64,000 nucleotides of DNA. Origin: Gemmatimonadota bacterium (GTDB lineage Bacteria; Gemmatimonadota; Gemmatimonadetes; Longimicrobiales; Gaopeijiaceae). This document shows, piece after piece, positions 28,280 to 36,966 of this stretch. Under the pieces are notes generated by a model. The model made no database searches and was not told the DNA's origin. It saw nothing but the letters and a program-made list of their open reading frames with translations. The first letter of the stretch is position 1; each line of letters begins with the position of its first letter. The DNA lies in NCBI GenBank assembly GCA_034521595.1, contig JAXHMG010000003.1, positions 448,001 to 512,000 of the forward strand. The letters run 5' to 3'. The translations under genes were made by a program, and so were the position numbers.

Positions 28280-29434
28280 ATGACTGAATATGCAGAAGCG
28301 GGGGGCCGGAACGGGTCCGCGGAAGGGAATCGGACGCGTGTGGTCCTGAAGCTCGGAAGCCGCTTGCTGACCGGCGGGTCGACGAGGCTGGATCCCGAGC
28401 GGATGCGGTGCGTGGCCGAGATCGTGGCTGGTGAGCGGCAGAGCGAAGTGGTGATCGTCTCCAGCGGGGCGATCGCCGCCGGATTCAGAGCGCTCGGACA
28501 TACCGCGCCGCCGAGTCGGATCCGGGACCGTCAGGCGGCGGCCGCGGTGGGACAGACCCGGCTCATGGCGCTCTGGTCCGAAGCGTTCTCCTCGGTCGGT
28601 CTCGAGGTCGCGCAGGTGCTGCTCACCAACGACTGCCTCACCGACCGGCGCCGTTACGTGGCGGCCCGAAGGGCGCTGGCGACGTTGCTCGACGCTGGAG
28701 TCGTCCCGATCGTGAACGAGAACGACACGGTGAGCGTGGAAGAGATCGTGGTCGGCGACAACGACAACCTCGCAGCATCGGCCGCTGCCCTCGTGGATGC
28801 GGAATTGCTCGCGCTGCTCACGGACGTGCCCGGGGTCTACGATGGCGATCCGGAGGCGGGGGGCGAGGTTCGGCTCATCGAGGAGGTGGCCAGCGCGGAG
28901 GAGCTCCGGCCTTACTGCTTCGCCAAGAAGGCTCGCGAGTCCACGGGGGGGATGCAGACGAAGCTGGACGCGGCGGAGCGGGCGGGGCGGTACGGCATTC
29001 CCACGGTGGTCGCGTCGGGAAGCGATCCGCGAGCGATGGAAGCGATCGTCCGTGGGGAGCGCGCGGGGACCTACATCGCGGCCTCCGAGCGGCCGCTCGC
29101 CGCGCGGAGGCATTGGATGGCCGTGCAGCGGGGGCTCGTCGGCGCCATCGTGGTGGATCGCGGCGCCGTCGACGCGCTTCGGCGGCGGGCGAACCTCCTC
29201 CCTAGCGGGATCGTCGAGGTGCGCGGGCACTTTCGGAGTGGGGACCTCGTCTCGGTCATGGACACGGAGGGGGTGGAGCAGGCCCGTGGAATCGTGAGGC
29301 TCGATGACCGCGAGGTGGACAGGATCCGCGGCCTCCATACGACCGACGCCAAAGAGGCGCTCGGCCGGGACCGGAGCCACGTCGTGCTGCGGCCCGACCG
29401 CATGGTATTGATCGACGAGGAGGGTAGGGTGTGA
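28280..29434 (+). CDS. proB: Glutamate 5-kinase with PUA domain
   Basis: VVLKLGS, VSSGAIAAG, AAAVGQ, NENDTV, GDNDNLAA, TGGMQTK. Confidence 0.95.
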   Translation: MTEYAEAGGRNGSAEGNRTRVVLKLGSRLLTGGSTRLDPERMRCVAEIVAGERQSEVVIVSSGAIAAGFRALGHTAPPSRIRDRQAAAAVGQTRLMALWSEAFSSVGLEVAQVLLTNDCLTDRRRYVAARRALATLLDAGVVPIVNENDTVSVEEIVVGDNDNLAASAAALVDAELLALLTDVPGVYDGDPEAGGEVRLIEEVASAEELRPYCFAKKARESTGGMQTKLDAAERAGRYGIPTVVASGSDPRAMEAIVRGERAGTYIAASERPLAARRHWMAVQRGLVGAIVVDRGAVDALRRRANLLPSGIVEVRGHFRSGDLVSVMDTEGVEQARGIVRLDDREVDRIRGLHTTDAKEALGRDRSHVVLRPDRMVLIDEEGRV

Positions 29435-30741
29435 GCACCACGGACGCGAGGACGGAAGCTCCCGGTGGGCCGGAGGCCGGCTCCGTGAGCGCCGAGATGA
29501 CGACTATGGCCCGCAGGGCGCGGACGGGGGCGCGCGAGGTGGCACGCCTCGACGCGGAGGACCGGTCGGCGGCCTTGCGCGAGATCGCGGCGGCGCTCGA
29601 AGGTGGGGCCGACGAGATCCTCCGGGCGAACACGAAGGATCTGGAGCGTGCGGACGAGCGCGGTGTGACGGGGCCGCTGCGAGATCGCCTGAAGCTCGAC
29701 AAAGAGGGGGTACTCGGGATCGCCGCTGCCGTCCGGGAGATCGCGGGGCAGGAGGATCCGCTGGGCCGGATCGAGGACGAGCACGTGCGACCCAACGGGC
29801 TGCGTGTGGGGCGGATGCGGATTCCGCTCGGAGTCGTGGCGATGATTTACGAGAGTCGGCCCAACGTCACTGCGGACGCGGCCGCGCTCTGTCTTCGGGC
29901 GGGCAATGCGGTCATCCTGCGCGGCGGATCGGAGGCCATTCACTCGAATCGGGCGATCGCCGAGGCGGTGCGGGCGGGGCTCGCCCGCTCGAGCGTGCCG
30001 GTCGATGCCGTGCAGCTCGTGCCGACCACGGAGCGAGAGGCCGTCGACGCGCTTCTCCGCCAGGAGGACACGATCGACCTCGTGATCCCCCGAGGCGGCG
30101 AGAGCCTCATCCGCGCGGTCACGGAGAAGAGCCGGATCCCGGTGCTCCAGCACTTCAAGGGAGTCTGTCACATGTACCTGGATGCCTCGGCGCCGGCAGA
30201 GCGCGCCGACGAGCTGGTGCTCAATGCCAAGGTGCAGCGTCCGGGCGTTTGCAATGCCCTGGAAACCCTACTGGTGCACCGCGACGCGGCCGCGCGTCTG
30301 TTGCCACGCCTCGCGGACCGGTTGTCGGATGCGGGCGTGGCGCTCCGGGGATGCCCGGCCACCCTTTCCGTGCTGTCCGATCGGAGAGTTCGGCCCGCGA
30401 CGGAAGACGACTGGAAGGCGGAGTACCTCGACCTGATCCTCGCCGTGCGCATCGTCGATGATCTCGAGGACGCGCTCGAACACATCGCGACGTACGCGTC
30501 CGGACATACTGAAGCGATCGTCACCGACGACGAGGAAGCCGCCCGCGTGTTCGTGGAGGCGGTCCAGTCTTCGACCGTCTTGGTCAACGCGAGCACCCGC
30601 TTCGCCGACGGAGGCGAGCTCGGCCTCGGCGCGGAGATCGGCATCTCCACCTCGAAGCTGCACGCGTACGGACCCATGGGGGCCCGAGAGCTGACGACCC
30701 GAAAGTTCGTCGTGTTCGGCGACGGACAGGTGAGAGCGTGA
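29431..30741 (+). CDS. proA: Gamma-glutamyl phosphate reductase
   Basis: PLGVVAMIYESRPNVT, GVCNALETLL, NASTRFADG, GAEIGIST. Confidence 0.96.
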   Translation: MSTTDARTEAPGGPEAGSVSAEMTTMARRARTGAREVARLDAEDRSAALREIAAALEGGADEILRANTKDLERADERGVTGPLRDRLKLDKEGVLGIAAAVREIAGQEDPLGRIEDEHVRPNGLRVGRMRIPLGVVAMIYESRPNVTADAAALCLRAGNAVILRGGSEAIHSNRAIAEAVRAGLARSSVPVDAVQLVPTTEREAVDALLRQEDTIDLVIPRGGESLIRAVTEKSRIPVLQHFKGVCHMYLDASAPAERADELVLNAKVQRPGVCNALETLLVHRDAAARLLPRLADRLSDAGVALRGCPATLSVLSDRRVRPATEDDWKAEYLDLILAVRIVDDLEDALEHIATYASGHTEAIVTDDEEAARVFVEAVQSSTVLVNASTRFADGGELGLGAEIGISTSKLHAYGPMGARELTTRKFVVFGDGQVRA

Positions 30742-30748
30742 CGGGACG

Positions 30749-31390
30749 TCAGCCGAAAGCTCCATAGAGGGCGTCGAGGGCCAACATGACGTCGTCGTTG
30801 TTGAGGTAGACGTGGAACTCCCGGGTGGTCGAGGTAACCTCCGCGAGGTTGATTCCTTGAAGCGCGAGCGGTTGGAGCAAACGGTAGAGCACTCCGGGTC
30901 GTCGCAGCTGCTCGTCCGTGAGTGAGACCGAGAGGCTGGTCGCGTTACGGACCTGGCGTGTCGGCCGTTCCTCGACCGTGTCTCGCACGGTGTCGAGCGT
31001 GCGCTCTTCGACGATCAGGGTGATCTCCCGGATGCCCTCGGTGATCGTCAGGTATCGCTGCTCCCCGCGCATGAGCTCTTGGAGCGCGATCAACCCCTCC
31101 CGACACCGTGGTGTGTTGGGGAACGTGAGGATGGCCAGACCCCGTTGGACCGTGACCCGGTCGGTTAGCGGAAGCGGAGGTCCGTGCTCCGGATCGGGAA
31201 GATCCGCCTGGAGCCTCGACAGCGCCATCGCGATGGCCGAGGCGTTCACGGTTTTCTGCGTGCGGGCTTCGACCGCGCCGTGGATGTGCCGAGCCACCTG
31301 GCTCAGGTTCATCAGGCGCTGCGCGAGCCCCGTCCGGACGACCGGGTCGTGATCCACGATCTCCCGCACGGCATCCGCGATCTTGATCAT
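30749..31390 (-). CDS. ACT-domain protein with helical N-domain; putative amino-acid-responsive regulator
   Basis: N-terminal NLSQVAR...AIAMALSR helices; C-terminal PGVLYRLL...GINL.EV.ST..E ACT-like motif; no kinase domain; divergent from lysW. Confidence 0.6.
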   Translation of the reverse strand: MIKIADAVREIVDHDPVVRTGLAQRLMNLSQVARHIHGAVEARTQKTVNASAIAMALSRLQADLPDPEHGPPLPLTDRVTVQRGLAILTFPNTPRCREGLIALQELMRGEQRYLTITEGIREITLIVEERTLDTVRDTVEERPTRQVRNATSLSVSLTDEQLRRPGVLYRLLQPLALQGINLAEVTSTTREFHVYLNNDDVMLALDALYGAFG

Positions 31391-31425
31391 GGTTGGTCGA
31401 GCCTCCCGTGTCCTCGCTTGGTGGA

Positions 31426-31443
31426 TGTTTCAAAATAAACAAA
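31426..31443. promoter_or_regulatory. AT-rich palindrome, candidate operator in the divergent promoter region
   Basis: TGTTT-CAAAAT-AAACA; its minus-strand TTTGTTTAT also occurs at 28262-28270 just before proB. Confidence 0.35.
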
Positions 31444-31582
31444 TTTCGTTCTTCATGGTGTATTTCCTCGAATTCTTTGGGGCAATCGCGGGATCCGCCC
31501 ATCATCCCCGCATCGATTGACGGTGCGCGGCGCCGCGACGGACGGAGCGGCGCACGGAAACGGAATGTGACAGGAGAGAACG

Positions 31583-31765
31583 ATGAGCGTAGCGACGACG
31601 ACCGAGTGCCCGGTGTGCGGTGGCGAAGTGGATGCTGCTTCCGACGTGATCGTGGGTGAGCTGCTGGATTGCGACGAATGCGGCAGTGAGCTCGAAGTCA
31701 CCGCCTTGAGCCCGAACCCGGTGCTCATCGAGGCCCCGATGTCCGCAGAGGACTGGGGAGAGTAG
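31583..31765 (+). CDS. lysW: Amino-group carrier protein LysW/ArgW
   Basis: CPVC...CDEC zinc ribbon and invariant C-terminal EDWGE; RBS AGGAGA. Confidence 0.96.
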   Translation: MSVATTTECPVCGGEVDAASDVIVGELLDCDECGSELEVTALSPNPVLIEAPMSAEDWGE

Positions 31766-31767
31766 GG

Positions 31768-32682
31768 TTGACCGCCCCGTCGGCCGATCCGTCGGACGGC
31801 GGGTCCGAGGGCCGGCCCTCCGTTGCGCTCGTATGCACCGGTGTTCGGCCCGAAGAAAAGATGCTCCTGGCGGCTTTTCGGGCGCGCGGTGCCGTGCTGG
31901 AGGTCGTGGACGACAGGGGAATCCACGGCGACCTCTCGGGTTGGCCGGTCGGGTTGCCGAGGGTCGACGCGGTTCTGCTCCGGGCCAAGAGCCATTGGCG
32001 CAACACGGTGCTCGCCCGGTGGCTCCGCACGCTCGGCGTCACGACGGTTAACCCGGCCATGGTCCTGGAGACCTGCGGCGACAAGGTGTCCACGACGTTG
32101 GCGCTCCTCGACGCGGGAGTGCCGACCCTGTCCGCTTCCGTCGCCTTCACGGGTGCCGGGGGGCTGGAAGCCGCGGACGCGCTCGGCTATCCCCTGGTCG
32201 TCAAGCCGGTGATCGGGTCCTGGGGCCGCCTGATCGGTAAGGTGAACGACCGGGACGCGCTGGAGACGGTGCTCGACCACAAGGATGCGCTGGGCGGGGC
32301 GCCGCACGCGGTCACCTACCTCCAGCCCTACGTGGAGCTTCAGGGGCGCGACATCCGAGCGTTCGTGATCGGTGGGCGCTGTGTCGCGGCGATCCACCGG
32401 AGCTCCCGGCACTGGAAGACGAACACCCACCTGGGAGCAGAGGCCTCCGCCATGGAGGTCGACGAAGCCTTGGCAGGCATCTCCGAAGCGGCCGCGGCCG
32501 CCGTGGGCGGTGGCGCCGTCGCGATCGACCTGTTCGAAACGGACGACGGCTACGTGGTCAACGAAGTCAACGGATCGATGGAGTTTCGGAATTCGGTGGA
32601 TACGACCGGAGTCGACATCCCCGGCCTCCTGGCCGAATATACGCTAGCCGTCGCCGCGACCGGCGGGGTGGAGGCCACGTGA
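31768..32682 (+). CDS. lysX: ATP-grasp LysW ligase (LysX/ArgX, RimK family)
   Basis: RPEEKML, CGDK, KPVIGSWGRL, RDIR, WKTNT, NEVN..MEF. Confidence 0.92.
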   Translation: MTAPSADPSDGGSEGRPSVALVCTGVRPEEKMLLAAFRARGAVLEVVDDRGIHGDLSGWPVGLPRVDAVLLRAKSHWRNTVLARWLRTLGVTTVNPAMVLETCGDKVSTTLALLDAGVPTLSASVAFTGAGGLEAADALGYPLVVKPVIGSWGRLIGKVNDRDALETVLDHKDALGGAPHAVTYLQPYVELQGRDIRAFVIGGRCVAAIHRSSRHWKTNTHLGAEASAMEVDEALAGISEAAAAAVGGGAVAIDLFETDDGYVVNEVNGSMEFRNSVDTTGVDIPGLLAEYTLAVAATGGVEAT

Positions 32683-33752
32683 CTCGCGTTTCCATCCTCG
32701 GAGCGTCCGGATACGGGGGAGGCGAGCTCCTACGGATTCTGCTCGGCCACCCGCACGTCGAGATCGGTCAGGTCACGTCCAGGCGGCTCGCGGGGAAGCC
32801 GGTGCACCGTGCGCATCCGAACCTCCGGGGTCACACCTCGCTCCGCTTCTCGTCTCCCGACGAGCTCGAGCCCTGCGATCTGCTCTTTCTCGCGCTCCCG
32901 CACGGCGGAGCGTCGGCGCGGTGGGACGCGCTCGAGCCCCTTGCCGAGCGTTTCGTGGACATGAGCGCAGACTTCAGGCTCGACGATCCAGGGCTTTATG
33001 AGCGCTACTACGGGCCGCATCCACGCCCGGAGCTTCTGGGCACATTCGCCTATGGCTTGGCCGAAGCGAACCGGGAACAAATCCGGGGCGCCAGGCGCGT
33101 CGCGACCGGCGGGTGCAACGCCACCGTCTCGATCCTGGCCCTTCTGCCGTTGTACGAGGCGGGCGTAGTGCTGCCGGATCGGACGGTGGTCGATGTGAAG
33201 GTGGGCTCGAGTGAGGCCGGCGCCGACGCGAACGAAGGCTCGCACCATCCGGTCCGGAGTGGCGTCGTACGTCCGTACAGTCCCACCGGTCACCGCCACA
33301 CGGCCGAGGTCGAAGCCGTGCTGCGTGGTCTGTCCGACGGTGCCGGAGATCCCAGGGACGTCTCGCCCTCGGAGGCCCGGGTGCACCTGAGCGTGACCGC
33401 CATCGAAATGGTCCGTGGCGCTGCGGCGCTGGCGCACGTGTTTCTCCGAGAAGGCGTCTCACAGCGCGACATCTGGTCCATCTACCGGAAGCGGTACGCG
33501 GACGAGCCGTTCGTTCGAATCGTCTCCGAGCGACAGGGCGCCTACCGGCTCCCCGAGCCCAAGCTGCTGTCCGGGACGAATCACTGCGACATCGGTTTCG
33601 AGCTCGACGCGTCGGGAGAACGGTTGGTCGTGGCCGCGGCGATCGACAACCTCGTGAAGGGCTCGGCGGGGCAGGCGGTCCAGGCGATGAACCTGATGCT
33701 GGGCTGGGACGAGCGGGCGGGGCTCGGGTTCCCGGGCCTGCACCCCATCTAG
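32679..33752 (+). CDS. lysY: LysW-gamma-aminoacyl-phosphate reductase (LysY/ArgC)
   Basis: GASGYGGGELLR, SADFRL, GCNAT, GSSEAG, HRHTAE, IDNLVKGSAGQ, C-terminal GLHP. Confidence 0.93.
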   Translation: MTRVSILGASGYGGGELLRILLGHPHVEIGQVTSRRLAGKPVHRAHPNLRGHTSLRFSSPDELEPCDLLFLALPHGGASARWDALEPLAERFVDMSADFRLDDPGLYERYYGPHPRPELLGTFAYGLAEANREQIRGARRVATGGCNATVSILALLPLYEAGVVLPDRTVVDVKVGSSEAGADANEGSHHPVRSGVVRPYSPTGHRHTAEVEAVLRGLSDGAGDPRDVSPSEARVHLSVTAIEMVRGAAALAHVFLREGVSQRDIWSIYRKRYADEPFVRIVSERQGAYRLPEPKLLSGTNHCDIGFELDASGERLVVAAAIDNLVKGSAGQAVQAMNLMLGWDERAGLGFPGLHPI

Positions 33753-33777
33753 CTCGGGCAGCAAGGAGCGCTTGACG

Positions 33778-34461
33778 ATGTGTCGGTTCTTCGCCCTCCG
33801 GTCGGACGGGCCCGTCGATCCCGTGCCCTGGATCGCGTCGTTCGCCGAGCGCTGCAGGGTCAGCAAGGAGTACCAGGGTCATGGGTGGGGCGTGAGCTGG
33901 TGGGACGGTGAGGGCTGGCAGCGCCACCGCTCCGTCCGTCCCATCTGGGAGGAGGTGCCGGAGGAGCTTCCGAGCGCCACGATCGTGCTCGTGCATGCAC
34001 GGAGCGCGTTCCGTAACGAGGGCATCGTCGTGGAGAACAACATGCCGTTCGTGGCTGACGATATGGCCTTTGCGTTCAACGGCGAGCTCCGGGGAGTTCG
34101 CTTGAGCGTGCCGGGCGAGACCGGAGCTGCGAAGCTCTTCGAGCTTCTTCGGCGCTTCCGTGCGGCGGACGGGAATACGGAAGGAGCGCTCCGGAGGCTC
34201 GACCGGGTGGTCACCGCCCGCACGGAGTACGTCCGCGCGCTGAACACGGTGGTCAGTGACGGACGAGACGTGTGGGCAAGCAGCCGGTACTCGGAGGACC
34301 CGGAGTATTTTACGCTCTGGCAGGCATGGTTGCCGCTCCTGGCCGGCGGAACATCCGCGGTTTCGTCCGAGCCGTTGGACGTCGACGGGCAGCGGCCGGA
34401 ATGGGACCCCATGCCCCATGGAGAGATTCTGAAGATCGACCGGGAGACCACGTGCTCGTAG
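33778..34461 (+). CDS. Class II glutamine amidotransferase-fold (Ntn) hydrolase, EgtC/YafJ-like
   Basis: M-C-R N-terminal nucleophile, GWG, HARSA, NNMPF, FNG oxyanion hole, VSSEPL; RBS AAGGAG. Confidence 0.85.
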   Translation: MCRFFALRSDGPVDPVPWIASFAERCRVSKEYQGHGWGVSWWDGEGWQRHRSVRPIWEEVPEELPSATIVLVHARSAFRNEGIVVENNMPFVADDMAFAFNGELRGVRLSVPGETGAAKLFELLRRFRAADGNTEGALRRLDRVVTARTEYVRALNTVVSDGRDVWASSRYSEDPEYFTLWQAWLPLLAGGTSAVSSEPLDVDGQRPEWDPMPHGEILKIDRETTCS

Positions 34462-36470
34462 TCAAGATAGGGGGCGGCGATCTGGATCTGGGCGAGATCG
34501 CCGACGACCTCGCGGCGCTCGACGACCCGTTCGTGCTGATTCACGGAGCCAACAAGCTCCGGGACGAGCTCGCGCACGCCCTGGGGAGGCCGCCGAAGGT
34601 GGTCGAGTCGATCTCCGGATACACGAGCGTGCTCTCGGACGACGACGCCATCGACGTGCTGATGGCAGCCTACGCCGGCGTGCGCAACAAGCGCCTCGTG
34701 GAGGCCCTGCGTCGTGCCGGCGTCGATGCCGTCGGGTTGACCGGCCTCGACGGTGGACTGGTCGAAGGCGTCCGGAACAAGGGGATTCGGGTCAAGCAGG
34801 ACGGGCGCAAGCTCCTCCTTCGCGACAACTCCGGAAAGCCCCGATCCGTGAACGGAGATCTGCTACGCGACCTCCTGGCGCGAGGCCACGCACCCGTCAT
34901 CACGGTACCGATCGCGGGTGAGGACGGATCGGCCCTGAACACCGAGAACGACGAGGTCCTCGCGCTCTTGAGCGCCGAGCTCGGTGCGACCGACGTCGTC
35001 TCGCTCATCGAGGCGCCCGGGCTGCTGACCGACAAGGACGATCCGGAGTCCCTGGTGCAGCGGGTGGACGCGAACGAGCTGGAGGGGTGGGAGAAACGCG
35101 TCGAGGGGCGGATGCGTCGCAAGATTCGTGCGCTCAGGTCCCTTTTCGATCGCGCTGGAACACCCGGGCCACGGGTCCGGCTGAGTGATGGCCGAGTGTC
35201 GCGACCCGTATCTCGAGCGCTCGAAGGTGCCGGCACGCTCTTCGCGCGAAACGGAGCTTCGTCCGAGGAATCTCCGGCCGAGGCGTCGACCTCGAATCAC
35301 TGGCTCGAGCGGATGGCCGAGCACGAGCTCGATGTCTACGGGAAGCGAGGGTTGACCCTCGTCGGTGGTGAAGGAGCTCGGGTGACCGACGTGGAAGGAA
35401 GGTCTTACATCGACTGCATCGGGGGGCACGGAGCGTTGGCGCTCGGGCACAGGCATCCCGCGCAGGTCGCTGCGCTGCGCCGGGCGGCCGAGGGGCCGTG
35501 GTTCGTTCCCGGATCCTTCGGTAGCCCCCCGCGGGTGGCGTTCCTGGAAAGGCTGCACGAGATCCTGCCCGACGAGCTGGCCCGGACGTTCCTTTCGAAC
35601 TCCGGCACGGAAGCCGTGGAAGCCGCCCTCAAGATCGCCCGGGCCCATACGGGCCGCAGCGAGTTCGTGGCTGCGGTGCGGGGCTTCCACGGACGGACCT
35701 TCGGGGCGCTCTCCGTTACCTCGGAGGCGCACTTTCGTAAGCCGTTCGAGCCCCTGCTCGGCGACGTGCGGCGGGTCCGATTCAACGATGCAGCCGGCCT
35801 GGCCGAAGCCGTGAGCGACCGGGTGGCCGCGGTCGTTCTCGAGCCCGTTCAGGGAGAAGGGGGTGTGCACGTCGCCGAGCCTGCCTTCCTCCGCGCCGCG
35901 CGGGAGGCCTGTGATGCGCACGGCGCGCTGCTGATTTTCGACGAGGTACAGACCGGGTTCGGTCGGACCGGCACGCTCTTCGCCTTCGAGCGCTCGGGGG
36001 TGGTCCCCGACGTTCTGTGCCTGGCGAAGAGCATAGCCGGAGGACTCCCACTCGGTGCGACGGTCGTGCGCGAAGGTATCTCGCTGCCCGTGGGAACACA
36101 CGGCTCCACGTTCGGCGGGAATCCACTCGCCACGGCGGTGGCGAGCGCTACGCTCGATGTCTTGACCGCGCCGGAGGGCGAAGCGCTGCTCGCCGAGGCG
36201 GAGCCGAAGGGGCAGCGTCTGGCCGAACGCATCCGCGACGCCGACCTCGAGCAGGTACGTGAGGTCCGGCAAGTCGGCCTGATGGTCGGGATCCAGATGC
36301 GTCGGCGGTTGGGTGACCTGCTCGGTGACCTGCAGGAGCGCGGGGTCCTCGCCCTGTCCGCGGGGTCGAAGGTCGTGCGGCTCCTGCCGCCGCTCGTGAT
36401 CAGCGACGAAGAGGTCGAGCTGGTCGGGGACGCCCTGCTCGAGGTTTTGTCGGCCTCCGGGACGCGATAG
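34452..36470 (+). CDS. lysZ-lysJ: Fused LysW-substrate kinase (LysZ) and PLP aminotransferase (LysJ/ArgD)
   Basis: VVKIGG, GLTGLDG, GRMRRK kinase motifs; then NSGTEAVEAA, FHGRT, EPVQGEGG, DEVQTG, AKS, HGSTFGGNP; one continuous frame. Confidence 0.9.
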   Translation: MLVVKIGGGDLDLGEIADDLAALDDPFVLIHGANKLRDELAHALGRPPKVVESISGYTSVLSDDDAIDVLMAAYAGVRNKRLVEALRRAGVDAVGLTGLDGGLVEGVRNKGIRVKQDGRKLLLRDNSGKPRSVNGDLLRDLLARGHAPVITVPIAGEDGSALNTENDEVLALLSAELGATDVVSLIEAPGLLTDKDDPESLVQRVDANELEGWEKRVEGRMRRKIRALRSLFDRAGTPGPRVRLSDGRVSRPVSRALEGAGTLFARNGASSEESPAEASTSNHWLERMAEHELDVYGKRGLTLVGGEGARVTDVEGRSYIDCIGGHGALALGHRHPAQVAALRRAAEGPWFVPGSFGSPPRVAFLERLHEILPDELARTFLSNSGTEAVEAALKIARAHTGRSEFVAAVRGFHGRTFGALSVTSEAHFRKPFEPLLGDVRRVRFNDAAGLAEAVSDRVAAVVLEPVQGEGGVHVAEPAFLRAAREACDAHGALLIFDEVQTGFGRTGTLFAFERSGVVPDVLCLAKSIAGGLPLGATVVREGISLPVGTHGSTFGGNPLATAVASATLDVLTAPEGEALLAEAEPKGQRLAERIRDADLEQVREVRQVGLMVGIQMRRRLGDLLGDLQERGVLALSAGSKVVRLLPPLVISDEEVELVGDALLEVLSASGTR

Positions 36471-36705
36471 GTCTCGCTGCGTCATTTCCTCTGATGCAAC
36501 GCTCCGGTGACTTCGGAGCGTCTACCACGGGCTGCTCAAGCTGCGTCGGCCACTCGTTGATCCGGCGAGCGCCGAACGGGATGGAGGCCGGTTGGTGGTG
36601 GTTCTGCGGGGTGAAACTTTCCGCGCTCGGAGCACGAAGGGTCAGACACGGAGGGGCGCAGGGGCTTCCCTCCCGAAACGAGAAGCAGGGACGAGGTCAA
36701 AGGAC

Positions 36706-36942
36706 ATGATCAACACGCATCTCAGGAAACGGAACGAGGTCCCATGGTGGGCGGTGATCGGTGCGCCGGTCGTGGGGGTTCCGTGCATCGTGGCGCTCCT
36801 GGCGCTGGCAGGTCCCGAGCAGGAGGCTGGCGGGGCGGACACGGAGGTGGACTTCGCAGTGGAGCAGCTCGACGTCGAGCCGGCGGAGGCGCGGCTCGAG
36901 GCCCGGAGCATCGGTCCGATCCGGTTGGTCGCGAGCTGCTGA
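36706..36942 (+). CDS. Small membrane-anchored hypothetical protein
   Basis: AAAGGA RBS; one hydrophobic segment then acidic tail. Confidence 0.4.
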   Translation: MINTHLRKRNEVPWWAVIGAPVVGVPCIVALLALAGPEQEAGGADTEVDFAVEQLDVEPAEARLEARSIGPIRLVASC

Positions 36943-36966
36943 AGCATCCGATCGGATCGACCGTCT

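Noticed and set aside
33778-34461. Ntn gene as a substitute for carA
   Set aside because: CarA is a class I (triad) amidotransferase; this protein is class II, sits inside the lysW operon and lacks the Gln amino-binding Asp.
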